From assembly GCA_040754455.1 (NCBI GenBank), contig JBFMCP010000037.1, forward strand, positions 1 to 30,235: a DNA stretch of 30,235 nucleotides, in the 5' to 3' direction. A program made the position numbers and the translations under genes. Positions within the stretch are counted from its first letter, which is position 1, and the number at the start of each line of letters is the position of its first letter. Origin of the DNA: Nitrospirota bacterium. GTDB taxonomy: Bacteria > Nitrospirota > Thermodesulfovibrionia > Thermodesulfovibrionales > Dissulfurispiraceae. Below are positions 11,968 through 19,668 of the stretch, piece after piece. The notes beneath the pieces are model-generated. The model did not search any database, was not told where the DNA came from, and saw nothing but the letters and a program-made list of their open reading frames with translations.

Positions 11968-12462
11968 ATGTCTGACATCCTTTTTATAGCCGACGTAATG
12001 CTCGGAAGCCTCGCCAGATGGCTCAGGATCGCCGGATTCGACACGCTGTATTACCGCCATATCGATGACCGCGACCTCATACGCATCGCAAAGCAGCAGC
12101 AACGCATTCTGCTGACGCGCGACACGAATCTCACCAGAAGGAGGATGGAAGATCGCTTCCTATTGATACATTCGGAGGACACGTTCGAGCAATTGAAAGA
12201 GGTGCTCCGTGCTCTGAATATTCACGAATTGTCCTTCTCGCCCCGTTGTCCGCAGTGCAACGGCATGCTGGAAGCGGTTACAAAAGAGTCGGTATTCGAT
12301 GATGTTCCCGACCACGTTATGCTCACGGTCGATTCTTTTTTTAAGTGCGCGGGTTGTGGTAAAGTCTACTGGGAGGGCTCGCATAAAAGGCGCATCGATA
12401 TGAAGATGAAGGAACTCGCAAAGGAGATCGATCCCCGTTGGGAACTCTCAAAAGAAGACTGA
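11968..12462 (+). CDS. Mut7-C RNase domain protein (PIN fold plus Zn ribbon)
   Basis: FIADVMLGSLARWLRIAGFDT, RILLTRD, RCPQCNG...CAGCGKVYWEGSH; start ATG 11968 or GTG 11959. Confidence 0.9.
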   Translation: MSDILFIADVMLGSLARWLRIAGFDTLYYRHIDDRDLIRIAKQQQRILLTRDTNLTRRRMEDRFLLIHSEDTFEQLKEVLRALNIHELSFSPRCPQCNGMLEAVTKESVFDDVPDHVMLTVDSFFKCAGCGKVYWEGSHKRRIDMKMKELAKEIDPRWELSKED

Positions 12463-13439
12463 TTCTTTCCCTTCTGCTTATCCTGCTTGTCATCGCCTTC
12501 GGCACTCTCGGGTACATGCTTATCGAGGGGTGGGATATTCTCGATGCGCTTTATATGACGATTATAACACTGGCGAGTGTGGGATATAAGGAGGTCCACG
12601 ATCTTTCCGACGGCGGAAGGCTGTTCACGATTATACTGATCATCAGCGGTTTGGGCATCGTCTACTATGCACTCAGCACCGCAGCGAAGATCGTCATCGA
12701 AGGCGAGCTGCAGGACATGTTCGGGAGGAGGAGATTGGAAAAGCGGATAAAGGAATTGAGGAACCATTACATCATTTGCGGTTATGGAAGGATGGGGAAA
12801 ATTATCGGCAGGGAGCTGGGGGAAAAGGGGGCGACCTTTGTGGTCATCGAGAAAAATCCCGCACCGTTGCCGGAGCGGGGTGATGTCCTTCTGCTCGAAG
12901 GGGACGCCACGCAGGACGAGATTTTGAAAGAGGCGGGTATCGAAAAGGCAAAGGGTTTGATAACGGTGCTGCCTACCGATGCGGAGAACCTCTTTGTCGT
13001 ATTGAGCGCCCGCGGCCTGAACCCTGGGCTTCTTATTGTGGCAAGGGCGGGCGAGGAAGGTTCTGAGCAGAAGCTGCTCAGGGCTGGTGCGGATCGTGTA
13101 GTGTCGCCCTACCATATCGGAGGGCTCAGGATCGCCCACACCCTGCTGAAGCCCGCGGTGGTCGATTTCATCGAGTTTGCGACCAAGAGCGGCAATATCG
13201 ATTTGCAAATGGAAGAGATAACGATCCAGGAGAGTTCCCGGCTTGTAGGACTTACGCTCGACGAGTGCGGCATCGGGAGGGATCTGGGGATTATTATAGT
13301 GGCTATACGACGCTCAACGGGTGAAATGAAGTTTAACCCTACCTTCCGGAGTGTAGTAAAAGCAGGGGACACACTGATCGCCCTGGGCGAGGCCTCGAAA
13401 CTGAAACTGCTCGAAACCATGGCAGCTGCAAAGAAATAG
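12438..13439 (+). CDS. Potassium channel protein, 2TM pore plus TrkA-N/TrkA-C (RCK) domains
   Basis: DALYMTIITLASVGYKEV pore region, HYIICGYGRMG Rossmann motif, GDATQDEILKEAGI, RAGADRVVSP, FNP..GDTLIALG; TTG start. Confidence 0.93.
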   Translation: MGTLKRRLILSLLLILLVIAFGTLGYMLIEGWDILDALYMTIITLASVGYKEVHDLSDGGRLFTIILIISGLGIVYYALSTAAKIVIEGELQDMFGRRRLEKRIKELRNHYIICGYGRMGKIIGRELGEKGATFVVIEKNPAPLPERGDVLLLEGDATQDEILKEAGIEKAKGLITVLPTDAENLFVVLSARGLNPGLLIVARAGEEGSEQKLLRAGADRVVSPYHIGGLRIAHTLLKPAVVDFIEFATKSGNIDLQMEEITIQESSRLVGLTLDECGIGRDLGIIIVAIRRSTGEMKFNPTFRSVVKAGDTLIALGEASKLKLLETMAAAKK

Positions 13440-13483
13440 CGGGAGGAGCCACGCCGGATTTCAGGGTATGAGCTCTCGAGATA

Positions 13484-14374
13484 ATGAGACGGCGCAGACG
13501 ACAATTTGAAGAGACATTCACAGCAGCTATCGAGCATCTGAAGGGCTTTGCCCTTGCCGCATTCGTCACGGTTGCGGTCCTCAGCGCGCTTGTCGGATAC
13601 CGTTACTATCGGTATACGCAGGACGACCCGCAGTTTTGCGGCTCCTGCCATCTTATGAAGGATGCCTTTACTGAATGGCAGAAGGGAAGGCACAGCGACA
13701 TCGTCTGCCAGCGCTGCCATCAATTGACGATTTTTGAGAAGAACCAACTCCTCGTTGCCTATGTCGTAAAAGGAACCCAGCCGCTTGCACAGACACACGG
13801 CCGTGAAAAGCCGTGGACTGCCTGCAGAAAGTGTCATATGGACAACATCGCTCAGGGTTCTCTTACCATGGAAAAATCCTATGGACATGCCCGGCATGTC
13901 TTCATGCATCACATGGAGTGCAAGAAATGCCATAAGAATACACTACATAATTTTCATCCCAATGAGAATGCATGCCAGGAGTGCCATAAGGACAAGGGGG
14001 TGCATGGTATCGGTATGGAGGCCTTCTCGTGCCTGAAGTGTCACTCCTTTTCGGAAAAAACACCCTCCATGATCCCCAAGGACCGCTGCTCAAAATGCCA
14101 CAAGAATATTCCCCACAAGGGCCCCATGTCAGGGCTGCTCTGCCATCAATGCCACAAGCCCCACGGAAAGATAAAGCCGACGTCGGCCACCTGCACACAG
14201 GAATGCCATCGCAACGAAACAGAGGTGGGCCAGCACCGTCTCCATCATATAGAGCAGGGACTCGATTGCATGTATTGCCATAAACCCCATACATGGATCG
14301 TCGGGCGGGAAAGGGCCAGGAGCACCTGTGCTCAATGCCATCCTTATAAGGATCCGCAGTCATTTATTTATTAA
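13484..14374 (+). CDS. Membrane-anchored multiheme cytochrome c (NapC/NirT-like N-terminus), 10 CXXCH plus 1 CX3CH
   Basis: N-terminal TM helix, then YTQDDPQFCGSCHLM; motifs CGSCH, CQRCH, CRKCH, CKKCH, CQECH, CLKCH, CSKCH, CHQCH, CTQECH, CMYCH, CAQCH. Confidence 0.92.
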   Translation: MRRRRRQFEETFTAAIEHLKGFALAAFVTVAVLSALVGYRYYRYTQDDPQFCGSCHLMKDAFTEWQKGRHSDIVCQRCHQLTIFEKNQLLVAYVVKGTQPLAQTHGREKPWTACRKCHMDNIAQGSLTMEKSYGHARHVFMHHMECKKCHKNTLHNFHPNENACQECHKDKGVHGIGMEAFSCLKCHSFSEKTPSMIPKDRCSKCHKNIPHKGPMSGLLCHQCHKPHGKIKPTSATCTQECHRNETEVGQHRLHHIEQGLDCMYCHKPHTWIVGRERARSTCAQCHPYKDPQSFIY

Positions 14375-14392
14375 GACTCAGACCTCTGTCTT

Positions 14393-14438
14393 TTGCATTT
14401 CTGCAATAACAAAAATCATTTTTGCAGGATTGCAAAAA
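14393..14438. promoter_or_regulatory. Two palindromic TTGCA-N4-TGCAA sites, putative enhancer (UAS) for a sigma54 activator
   Basis: TTGCA-TTTC-TGCAA at 14393-14406 and TTTTTGCA-GGAT-TGCAAAAA at 14419-14438, upstream of a -24/-12 element. Confidence 0.7.
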
Positions 14439-14478
14439 ATGTATATTTGAAAAACCTTAAATAACAGGAATATCAGGT

Positions 14479-14495
14479 CTGGCATGAAAGATGCA
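14479..14495 (+). promoter_or_regulatory. Sigma54 (-24/-12) promoter
   Basis: CTGGCATGAAAGATGCA against consensus TGGCAC-N5-TTGCW, with correct GG-N10-GC spacing; 37 nt before the ATG at 14533. Confidence 0.8.
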
Positions 14496-14532
14496 ATAAT
14501 GCTTATTGAATAACAAAAGGAGGTGCAATAAC

Positions 14533-14859
14533 ATGAAGACCGGAGAGATGGCCAAGAAAGGATTATATATAGGCGCCGGAGCAGGGCTGGTACTGTTCGC
14601 CGTTATCGGACTCCTCCCGGGATCTTTCATAGGTGGAGTGATCGGACTCAATATAGCGGGAAGCATGTTCGGTCTGCCACTGAGCGCAACATTGCTGCCC
14701 CGTATGATCGTCGGTATCTCGATGGTGCTGGGCGTTATACTGTCAGGGGTGGTCTTCGTGGTCAGCGCCTCATTGATCGGATGGCTTGCCGGGCACATTG
14801 TCGATACCATGCGGCACGCCAAGACAGAACCTGCCGAGCATACAATAAAGAGCAAATAG
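14533..14859 (+). CDS. Small Gly-rich integral membrane protein of unknown function (paralog 1), 108 aa
   Basis: SD AGGAGGT then ATG 14533; YIGAGAGLVLFAVIGLLPGSFIGG...GLPLSATLLPRMIV; almost entirely hydrophobic. Confidence 0.88.
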   Translation: MKTGEMAKKGLYIGAGAGLVLFAVIGLLPGSFIGGVIGLNIAGSMFGLPLSATLLPRMIVGISMVLGVILSGVVFVVSASLIGWLAGHIVDTMRHAKTEPAEHTIKSK

Positions 14860-14910
14860 AAGGGCTCATAACGCATTCGTTATAACATAAACACAAAAGG
14901 AGGAGTGAAA

Positions 14911-15246
14911 ATGAGAGCACGGCAAGAGAGGATACGGATGGGAACAAAGATCGGGGCTGCCCTCGGGGGGCTCACCTTCCTGATCTTCGGAGTAATTCCT
15001 GGTTTCTATTTCGGCAGCTACGGCGCCCTGGTGGTGCTCAAGCATCTTCTGGGCGGTCCGGTTGAACCGACGGTGCTGGTGAGAATGTTTGTGGCCGTTG
15101 GTGTCATGCTCGGCATCGTCTGCGTCGCTTCGGTCAGCATTGTGATCGGATCGATTGTAGGAACGGCGCTCGGCTATGCGGTAGAGGCGCTTACTGCACC
15201 TAAAGAGGCCAAGGAGACCGCTGCAGCAATCGCGAAAGTCCGGTAA
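14911..15246 (+). CDS. Small Gly-rich integral membrane protein of unknown function (paralog 2), 111 aa
   Basis: SD AGGAGG then ATG 14911; KIGAALGGLTFLIFGVIPGFYFG...GGPVEPTVLVRMFV; aligns by eye with the preceding gene. Confidence 0.88.
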   Translation: MRARQERIRMGTKIGAALGGLTFLIFGVIPGFYFGSYGALVVLKHLLGGPVEPTVLVRMFVAVGVMLGIVCVASVSIVIGSIVGTALGYAVEALTAPKEAKETAAAIAKVR

Positions 15247-15281
15247 TGCAGAAAATTTACATTCTAGCTACGTAGCTTATT

Positions 15282-15314
15282 AAAGCGGGGAGAGACAATC
15301 TCCCCTCTTTTTTT
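15282..15314 (+). terminator. Intrinsic terminator after the membrane-protein pair
   Basis: GGGGAGA-GACAA-TCTCCCC followed by TCTTTTTTT. Confidence 0.8.
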
Positions 15315-15375
15315 GCCGCTCAACGGTCTCAATTTTTGAATATAAGGAAAAATCATAATTATTCCTACCTGCGTA

Positions 15376-15404
15376 TTTACAAAATTACCCTTTTTTAGTA
15401 TAAT
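15376..15404 (+). promoter_or_regulatory. Sigma70 promoter of the cytochrome c/b/c operon
   Basis: TTTACA-17 bp-TATAAT; a LysR-like box ATAA-N7-TCAT lies at 15342-15356. Confidence 0.75.
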
Positions 15405-15462
15405 CCTAAGCTATGCGTCTTCAGTTCCTAAATTTCCTACTACATACACAAAGGGAGGTCTG

Positions 15463-16401
15463 ATGAGAAGGTTTTTGATCGCGGCTCTTCTTTGGGTCCC
15501 TCTGGTGTGCTTTGCCAGCTCTGCAAGCGCAGACACCTTTACCTGCCTTGCCTGCCACAGCGCAATGAAGGGTAAGATCCGCACCGAAAAGGACGTTATC
15601 GTCGATGTGCATGTCGATTCCGAGCGCTACGCCGGGTCGGTACATGGAGGATTTGATTGCATCACCTGTCACAAGCAGTTCCATTCAAATCCCCATCAAG
15701 CAGTCAAGGTGGGCAGTGTTCCTCCGGCTATTGCTGCACTGGCGAGCAGAATATCCCAGAAGGCTAAGGTTGATCCTGTAGCCCTCGCTGCCTGCTCCGA
15801 ATGCCATGGTGATGTCTACAAGGCATGGGAAGACAGTGTGCACGGAAAGAATATCATTGCAAAAAAGCAGACCGACGGCGCTGCCTGCCTGGACTGCCAC
15901 GGCTCACCTCATTATATTACGCCGAAGAATACCAAGACCTCTCTCGTGAACAGAAACCACATTGTTGAAACCTGCGGCGAATGTCACAACAAGGAAGAGA
16001 TTGCAAAGAAATACAATCTGGGGACGCATATCGTCGAGCGGTACGAAGAGAGCTTTCACGGCAAGAAGTACGTGATCGGCCACCAGAATGCGCCAACCTG
16101 CGTGAGCTGCCACGGCGCTCATGATGTAAGAAAGTGGGATGATCCCAAGTCTCCCGTTGCCTGGGATAACCGGCAGGAGACCTGCGGCAAATGTCACAAG
16201 GGCGCTACCAAGAAATTTGTTGCCGCCATCACCCATAAGCCATATGGGAAAGGCAATCCGGTACCGTACTATTTTGAAAAGGGTCTCATCGTGCTCCTGC
16301 TCGGTGTCTTTGCATTCATTACAGGACACGTGATCCTCGAGGCCATTGCCGAAATCAGAGACAAAGTTTTGAGAAAGGGAAAGGAGGGGCACCATGAATA
16401 A
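15463..16401 (+). CDS. Heptaheme cytochrome c with signal peptide and C-terminal TM anchor (CbcA-like)
   Basis: Signal peptide ending ASA|D; CLACH, CITCH, CSECH, CLDCH, CGECH, CVSCH, CGKCH; repeated SVHG/SFHG motifs; TM GLIVLLLGVFAFITGHVILE. Confidence 0.92.
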   Translation: MRRFLIAALLWVPLVCFASSASADTFTCLACHSAMKGKIRTEKDVIVDVHVDSERYAGSVHGGFDCITCHKQFHSNPHQAVKVGSVPPAIAALASRISQKAKVDPVALAACSECHGDVYKAWEDSVHGKNIIAKKQTDGAACLDCHGSPHYITPKNTKTSLVNRNHIVETCGECHNKEEIAKKYNLGTHIVERYEESFHGKKYVIGHQNAPTCVSCHGAHDVRKWDDPKSPVAWDNRQETCGKCHKGATKKFVAAITHKPYGKGNPVPYYFEKGLIVLLLGVFAFITGHVILEAIAEIRDKVLRKGKEGHHE

Positions 16402-17119
16402 TAAAGAGATCCCCGGCGAGTATCTTCGCTTTAATGTTACCGAGAGAATCCAGCATGTCATTATGTTTGTCACGTTCCTGCTGCTCTCCTTTACCGGGTG
16501 GGCATTGAAATATCCCGAGCAGACCGTTGAGCATTCGAGCTGGCTCGTCCAGATATGGGGCGGTGCAAAGAACGCCGGCATCGTCCATCGTATCGCAGGC
16601 ATCACCATGCTCCTCGACTTTGTCTGGCACGTGATCTATCTGGCCTATTCGCTGGGAACGGGGAAGATGAAGCTGCGCTGGAATACTACAATCATTCCTA
16701 CGCCGAAGGATGTCACCGATGCTATACAGAATATCCTCTATTTCCTCGGCTTGAGCAAAACCAAGCCCAAATTCGGCAGGTTCAGCTATATCCATAAATT
16801 CGATTACTGGGCGGTCTTCTGGGGAATGGGGATCATTGGCCTGTCCGGATTGTTCCTCGCCTTCCCTGTCTGGGCATCCAACTTCTTCCCCTCCTGGAGT
16901 GTCAACTGGATATGGGAAGTGCTCTTCATCATGCATAGCGACGAGGCGCTCCTCGCCATCGTCTTTATTTTGTTCTGGCATTTCTACAATGAACATCTGA
17001 GATACAATAAATTCCCCATGAGCACGACCTGGATCACGGGGAAGATCTCGATTGAAGACATGAAACACGAACACCCGCTCGAGTATGAGCTTGAGTTCGG
17101 CGACAAGAGGGGTCAATAA
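16394..17119 (+). CDS. Di-heme cytochrome b membrane subunit (FdnI/hydrogenase cyt b family, CbcB-like)
   Basis: RFNVTERIQH, GIVHRIAG, FVWHVIY, FGRFSYIHKFDYWAVFWG, MHSDEALLA, WHFYNEH, MKHEHPLEY; about 4 TM helices. Confidence 0.92.
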   Translation: MNNKEIPGEYLRFNVTERIQHVIMFVTFLLLSFTGWALKYPEQTVEHSSWLVQIWGGAKNAGIVHRIAGITMLLDFVWHVIYLAYSLGTGKMKLRWNTTIIPTPKDVTDAIQNILYFLGLSKTKPKFGRFSYIHKFDYWAVFWGMGIIGLSGLFLAFPVWASNFFPSWSVNWIWEVLFIMHSDEALLAIVFILFWHFYNEHLRYNKFPMSTTWITGKISIEDMKHEHPLEYELEFGDKRGQ

Positions 17120-17881
17120 ATGAGATGGCTTGTTGTGACGCTCATCAGCGTAGTGCTCCTGAGCTGCTCACCCCAGAAGGGCGAACAACACAAGGTTGAG
17201 CAGGCTCCTGAACAGGTCTTCTCCAGGGACGAGGCGGTGGGTAGCCTCCCCTGTTTCAAGTGCCATTCGTACCAGAAGTTCTCCGCGAAGCCGCAGCGGG
17301 GTGTGTTTGCCCATGTGCTGCATATCAATACCGGCTATCATTGCAACCAGTGCCATGATTTCCAGGGGCACAAACATATTACGGTGAACAAGGATGTGTG
17401 CGGCAACTGTCATGGTGTCAAGACCATTACCTTTGCAAAGACCTCGATGCCCTCGAAATTTAACCATGCATCACATTCACAGATGTTCGGCTGCAAGGAG
17501 TGCCATCCGAAGCTCTTTCTGATGAAGGCGGGGACCGCGAACATTACCATGCAGGATATCTACAACGGCGCGTACTGCGGCGCCTGCCACGATGGAAAGA
17601 AGGCGTTCTCCTCATCGGAGTGCCAGAAGTGTCATAATGTAAAAGGCTTCAACAAAGAGCTTACCTATAAGGTCGAAGGCATCGGCGATGTTGTCTTCAG
17701 CCATAAGTTTCATACCGCTGCCTTTACCTGTGACGAGTGCCATCCGAAGCTGTTCGAGATGAAAAAGACGCAGGGTAAGATGAAGATGGAGCCGATGGAG
17801 AAAGGGAAGCTCTGCGGCGCCTGCCACAACGGCACCATTGCCTCTCCGATATCGGACTGCAGCAAATGCCACAAAAGCTGA
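17120..17881 (+). CDS. Nonaheme lipoprotein cytochrome c with c7-type triheme modules (CbcC/GSU1996-like)
   Basis: Lipobox VLLSC; 9 CXXCH; two F-H-xx-H..CxxCHP.LF.MK...M.....G..CGACH..CxxCH modules. Confidence 0.9.
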   Translation: MRWLVVTLISVVLLSCSPQKGEQHKVEQAPEQVFSRDEAVGSLPCFKCHSYQKFSAKPQRGVFAHVLHINTGYHCNQCHDFQGHKHITVNKDVCGNCHGVKTITFAKTSMPSKFNHASHSQMFGCKECHPKLFLMKAGTANITMQDIYNGAYCGACHDGKKAFSSSECQKCHNVKGFNKELTYKVEGIGDVVFSHKFHTAAFTCDECHPKLFEMKKTQGKMKMEPMEKGKLCGACHNGTIASPISDCSKCHKS

Positions 17882-17883
17882 AC

Positions 17884-17945
17884 GTAAGAAGTAGGAAGCG
17901 AGAAGTAAGAAGTAAGAAGTAAAGGCTAGAAGATTAGGAAAATAG
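17884..17945. repeat. AAGTAAG heptamer tandem run
   Basis: gtaag aagtagg aagcgag aagtaag aagtaag aagtaaa ggctag aagattagg. Confidence 0.85.
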
Positions 17946-17991
17946 AGTGGGAAGAGGGAAGACAATGTTCCCTCTTCCCACTTTTATTTTT
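17946..17991 (+). terminator. Intrinsic terminator between convergent operons
   Basis: Perfect 15-bp stem AGTGGGAAGAGGGAA-GACAATG-TTCCCTCTTCCCACT followed by TTTATTTTT. Confidence 0.85.
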
Positions 17992-18271
17992 CTTTGGTGA
18001 GCATAATGAAGAGGCGGGCGATCATGATGCTGAAGACGCCGCCGATGAAAGCGCCGAAGGCGCTGATAATGCCGATGACGATGACGACGCCGATGAGCAC
18101 GATAACGTGCGTAGGCGGGAACGCTGTACCGAAGAGACGGTTGAGGTCATTGGCCACCGCCTCACTCCACCCGCCGCCGAGGCTTTTCCCGAGGAGCAGG
18201 TCCATGCTCAGCGCGACAATAATGCCGAGGATTCCCCCCAGGATGAGCCCGATATAAAAGGCCCTTCTCAT
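17984..18271 (-). CDS. Small Gly-rich membrane protein of unknown function, 95 aa
   Basis: Two hydrophobic segments flanking GGGWSEAVANDL; start overlaps the activator stop (ATGA). Confidence 0.82.
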   Translation of the reverse strand: MRRAFYIGLILGGILGIIVALSMDLLLGKSLGGGWSEAVANDLNRLFGTAFPPTHVIVLIGVVIVIGIISAFGAFIGGVFSIMIARLFIMLTKEK

Positions 18272-19620
18272 TCGGTCTCGATCCCGTATCTCTTGAATTT
18301 CCTGTAGAGCGTTGCCAGATCGATGCCCAGTGCCTTTGCGGTTTCCTCTTTGTTTTTATTATGGGCAGTATACATCTTCAGGAGAAGATTTTTTTCATAA
18401 TCGCTGAGATAGACCTTGAGCGTCGAGGACTCCCGTTCCTGCTCTTCCTTTTTCAGCTTGTCCGGCAACTCTTGCAGTGTTATGGAGGGGCCTCCTGCAA
18501 GTACGACTGCCCGTTCGACCACGTTGCTCAATTCACGGACGTTTCCCGGCCATGGATAGTCGATGAGCGCTGCGAGTGCCTGGGTATCGAACCCCCGGAT
18601 ATCCTTCCTGTGCTCCTCCGAAAACTTTTTAAGGAAATGACGGGCAAGGGTCTCGATATCATCTTTTCGCTCTCTGAGCGGCGGCACCTTAATCTCGATC
18701 ACATTGAGCCGGTAGTAGAGGTCTTCCCTGAACTTGCCCTCCTTAACATGCTTTTCGATATCTGCATTGGTCGCGGCGATCAATCTGATATCGACCACTC
18801 TCGGCTTTGTGTCTCCCAGCGGATAGACCTCTCCCGTCTCGAGCGTTTTCAAGAGTTTTGTCTGGAGGTTGAGGGGCATATCGCCGATCTCGTCCAGGAA
18901 GAAGGTGCCCTGGTGGGCGAGGGGAATAAGTCCTATCTTGTCAGCAACGGCACCGGTAAAGGCCCCTTTCTTGTAGCCGAAGAGCTCGGACTCCAGGAGC
19001 CCTTCGGGGATTGCCGAGCAGTTGATCGATATGAACGGCTTGTCCCGCCGCGGACTGTTGCAGTGGATGAGCTCTGCAACCAGCCCCTTTCCGGTGCCGC
19101 TTTCTCCGAGGATGAGGATATTGCTTTTGGTCGGGATTACCTTTTCAAGCGTTTCGACGATTTTGATCATGGACTCGGAATTCGCGACAAAGTCCCTGCA
19201 GGCGTTGAGACGCTGGCTTATCTGCTGCTTGAGCGCGATGTTTTCGGTGATGAGCTTTTTCTGTTCGAGGATCCTCTTGACCGTCAGCCGTATCTCCTCG
19301 TTGTGGAACGGCTTGACGATATAATCGACGGCGCCTTTCTTCATCGCCTCGACGGCGGATTCTATCGAGGCAAAGGCGGTGATCATGAGCACTGCGGTGT
19401 CGGGGCTCATCTCTTTTGTCTTTTCGAGTACAGTCATTCCGTCGACTTTACCCATCTTGAGATCGGTAATGACGACATCGTAGTTCTCTTTTGCGATCTT
19501 CTCCAGCGCCTCTTCCCCGCTGTTGACGGCAGCAACGTCATAATCCTCCCGCTTGAGCAGAAAGGTGAGTGCCCTGCAGATATCCTGTTCGTCGTCGACG
19601 ATCAATATTTTAGGTCTCAT
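18268..19620 (-). CDS. Sigma54-dependent response regulator (NtrC family: REC-AAA+-Fis HTH)
   Basis: ILIVDDE, ITDLKM, GESGTGK, ESELFGYKKGAFTGA, FLDEIGD, FREDLYYRLNV, WPGNVREL, AKALGIDLATLYRK; start ATG 19620 (or 19641, inside a repeat). Confidence 0.96.
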   Translation of the reverse strand: MRPKILIVDDEQDICRALTFLLKREDYDVAAVNSGEEALEKIAKENYDVVITDLKMGKVDGMTVLEKTKEMSPDTAVLMITAFASIESAVEAMKKGAVDYIVKPFHNEEIRLTVKRILEQKKLITENIALKQQISQRLNACRDFVANSESMIKIVETLEKVIPTKSNILILGESGTGKGLVAELIHCNSPRRDKPFISINCSAIPEGLLESELFGYKKGAFTGAVADKIGLIPLAHQGTFFLDEIGDMPLNLQTKLLKTLETGEVYPLGDTKPRVVDIRLIAATNADIEKHVKEGKFREDLYYRLNVIEIKVPPLRERKDDIETLARHFLKKFSEEHRKDIRGFDTQALAALIDYPWPGNVRELSNVVERAVVLAGGPSITLQELPDKLKKEEQERESSTLKVYLSDYEKNLLLKMYTAHNKNKEETAKALGIDLATLYRKFKRYGIETE

Positions 19621-19633
19621 GCTCTCTTGCCTT

Positions 19634-19668
19634 CCGTTCATTGTGCACCGCTCATAGCTTACCGCTTA
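19634..19668. repeat. Single-arm heptamer tandem run between the kinase and the activator
   Basis: ccgttca ttgtgca ccgctca tagctta ccgctta; includes the kinase stop codon. Confidence 0.65.

Noticed and set aside
14440..14470. IHF site between the enhancer and the sigma54 promoter
   Set aside because: AT-rich, but only a poor match to WATCAANNNNTTR
17879..17890. TGA ending the nonaheme gene as a second Sec codon
   Set aside because: An in-frame TAA follows two codons later and there is no SECIS
17884..17945. Heptamer runs as a CRISPR array or IS ends
   Set aside because: No 25-40-bp repeats with unique spacers, and no cas or transposase gene in the window
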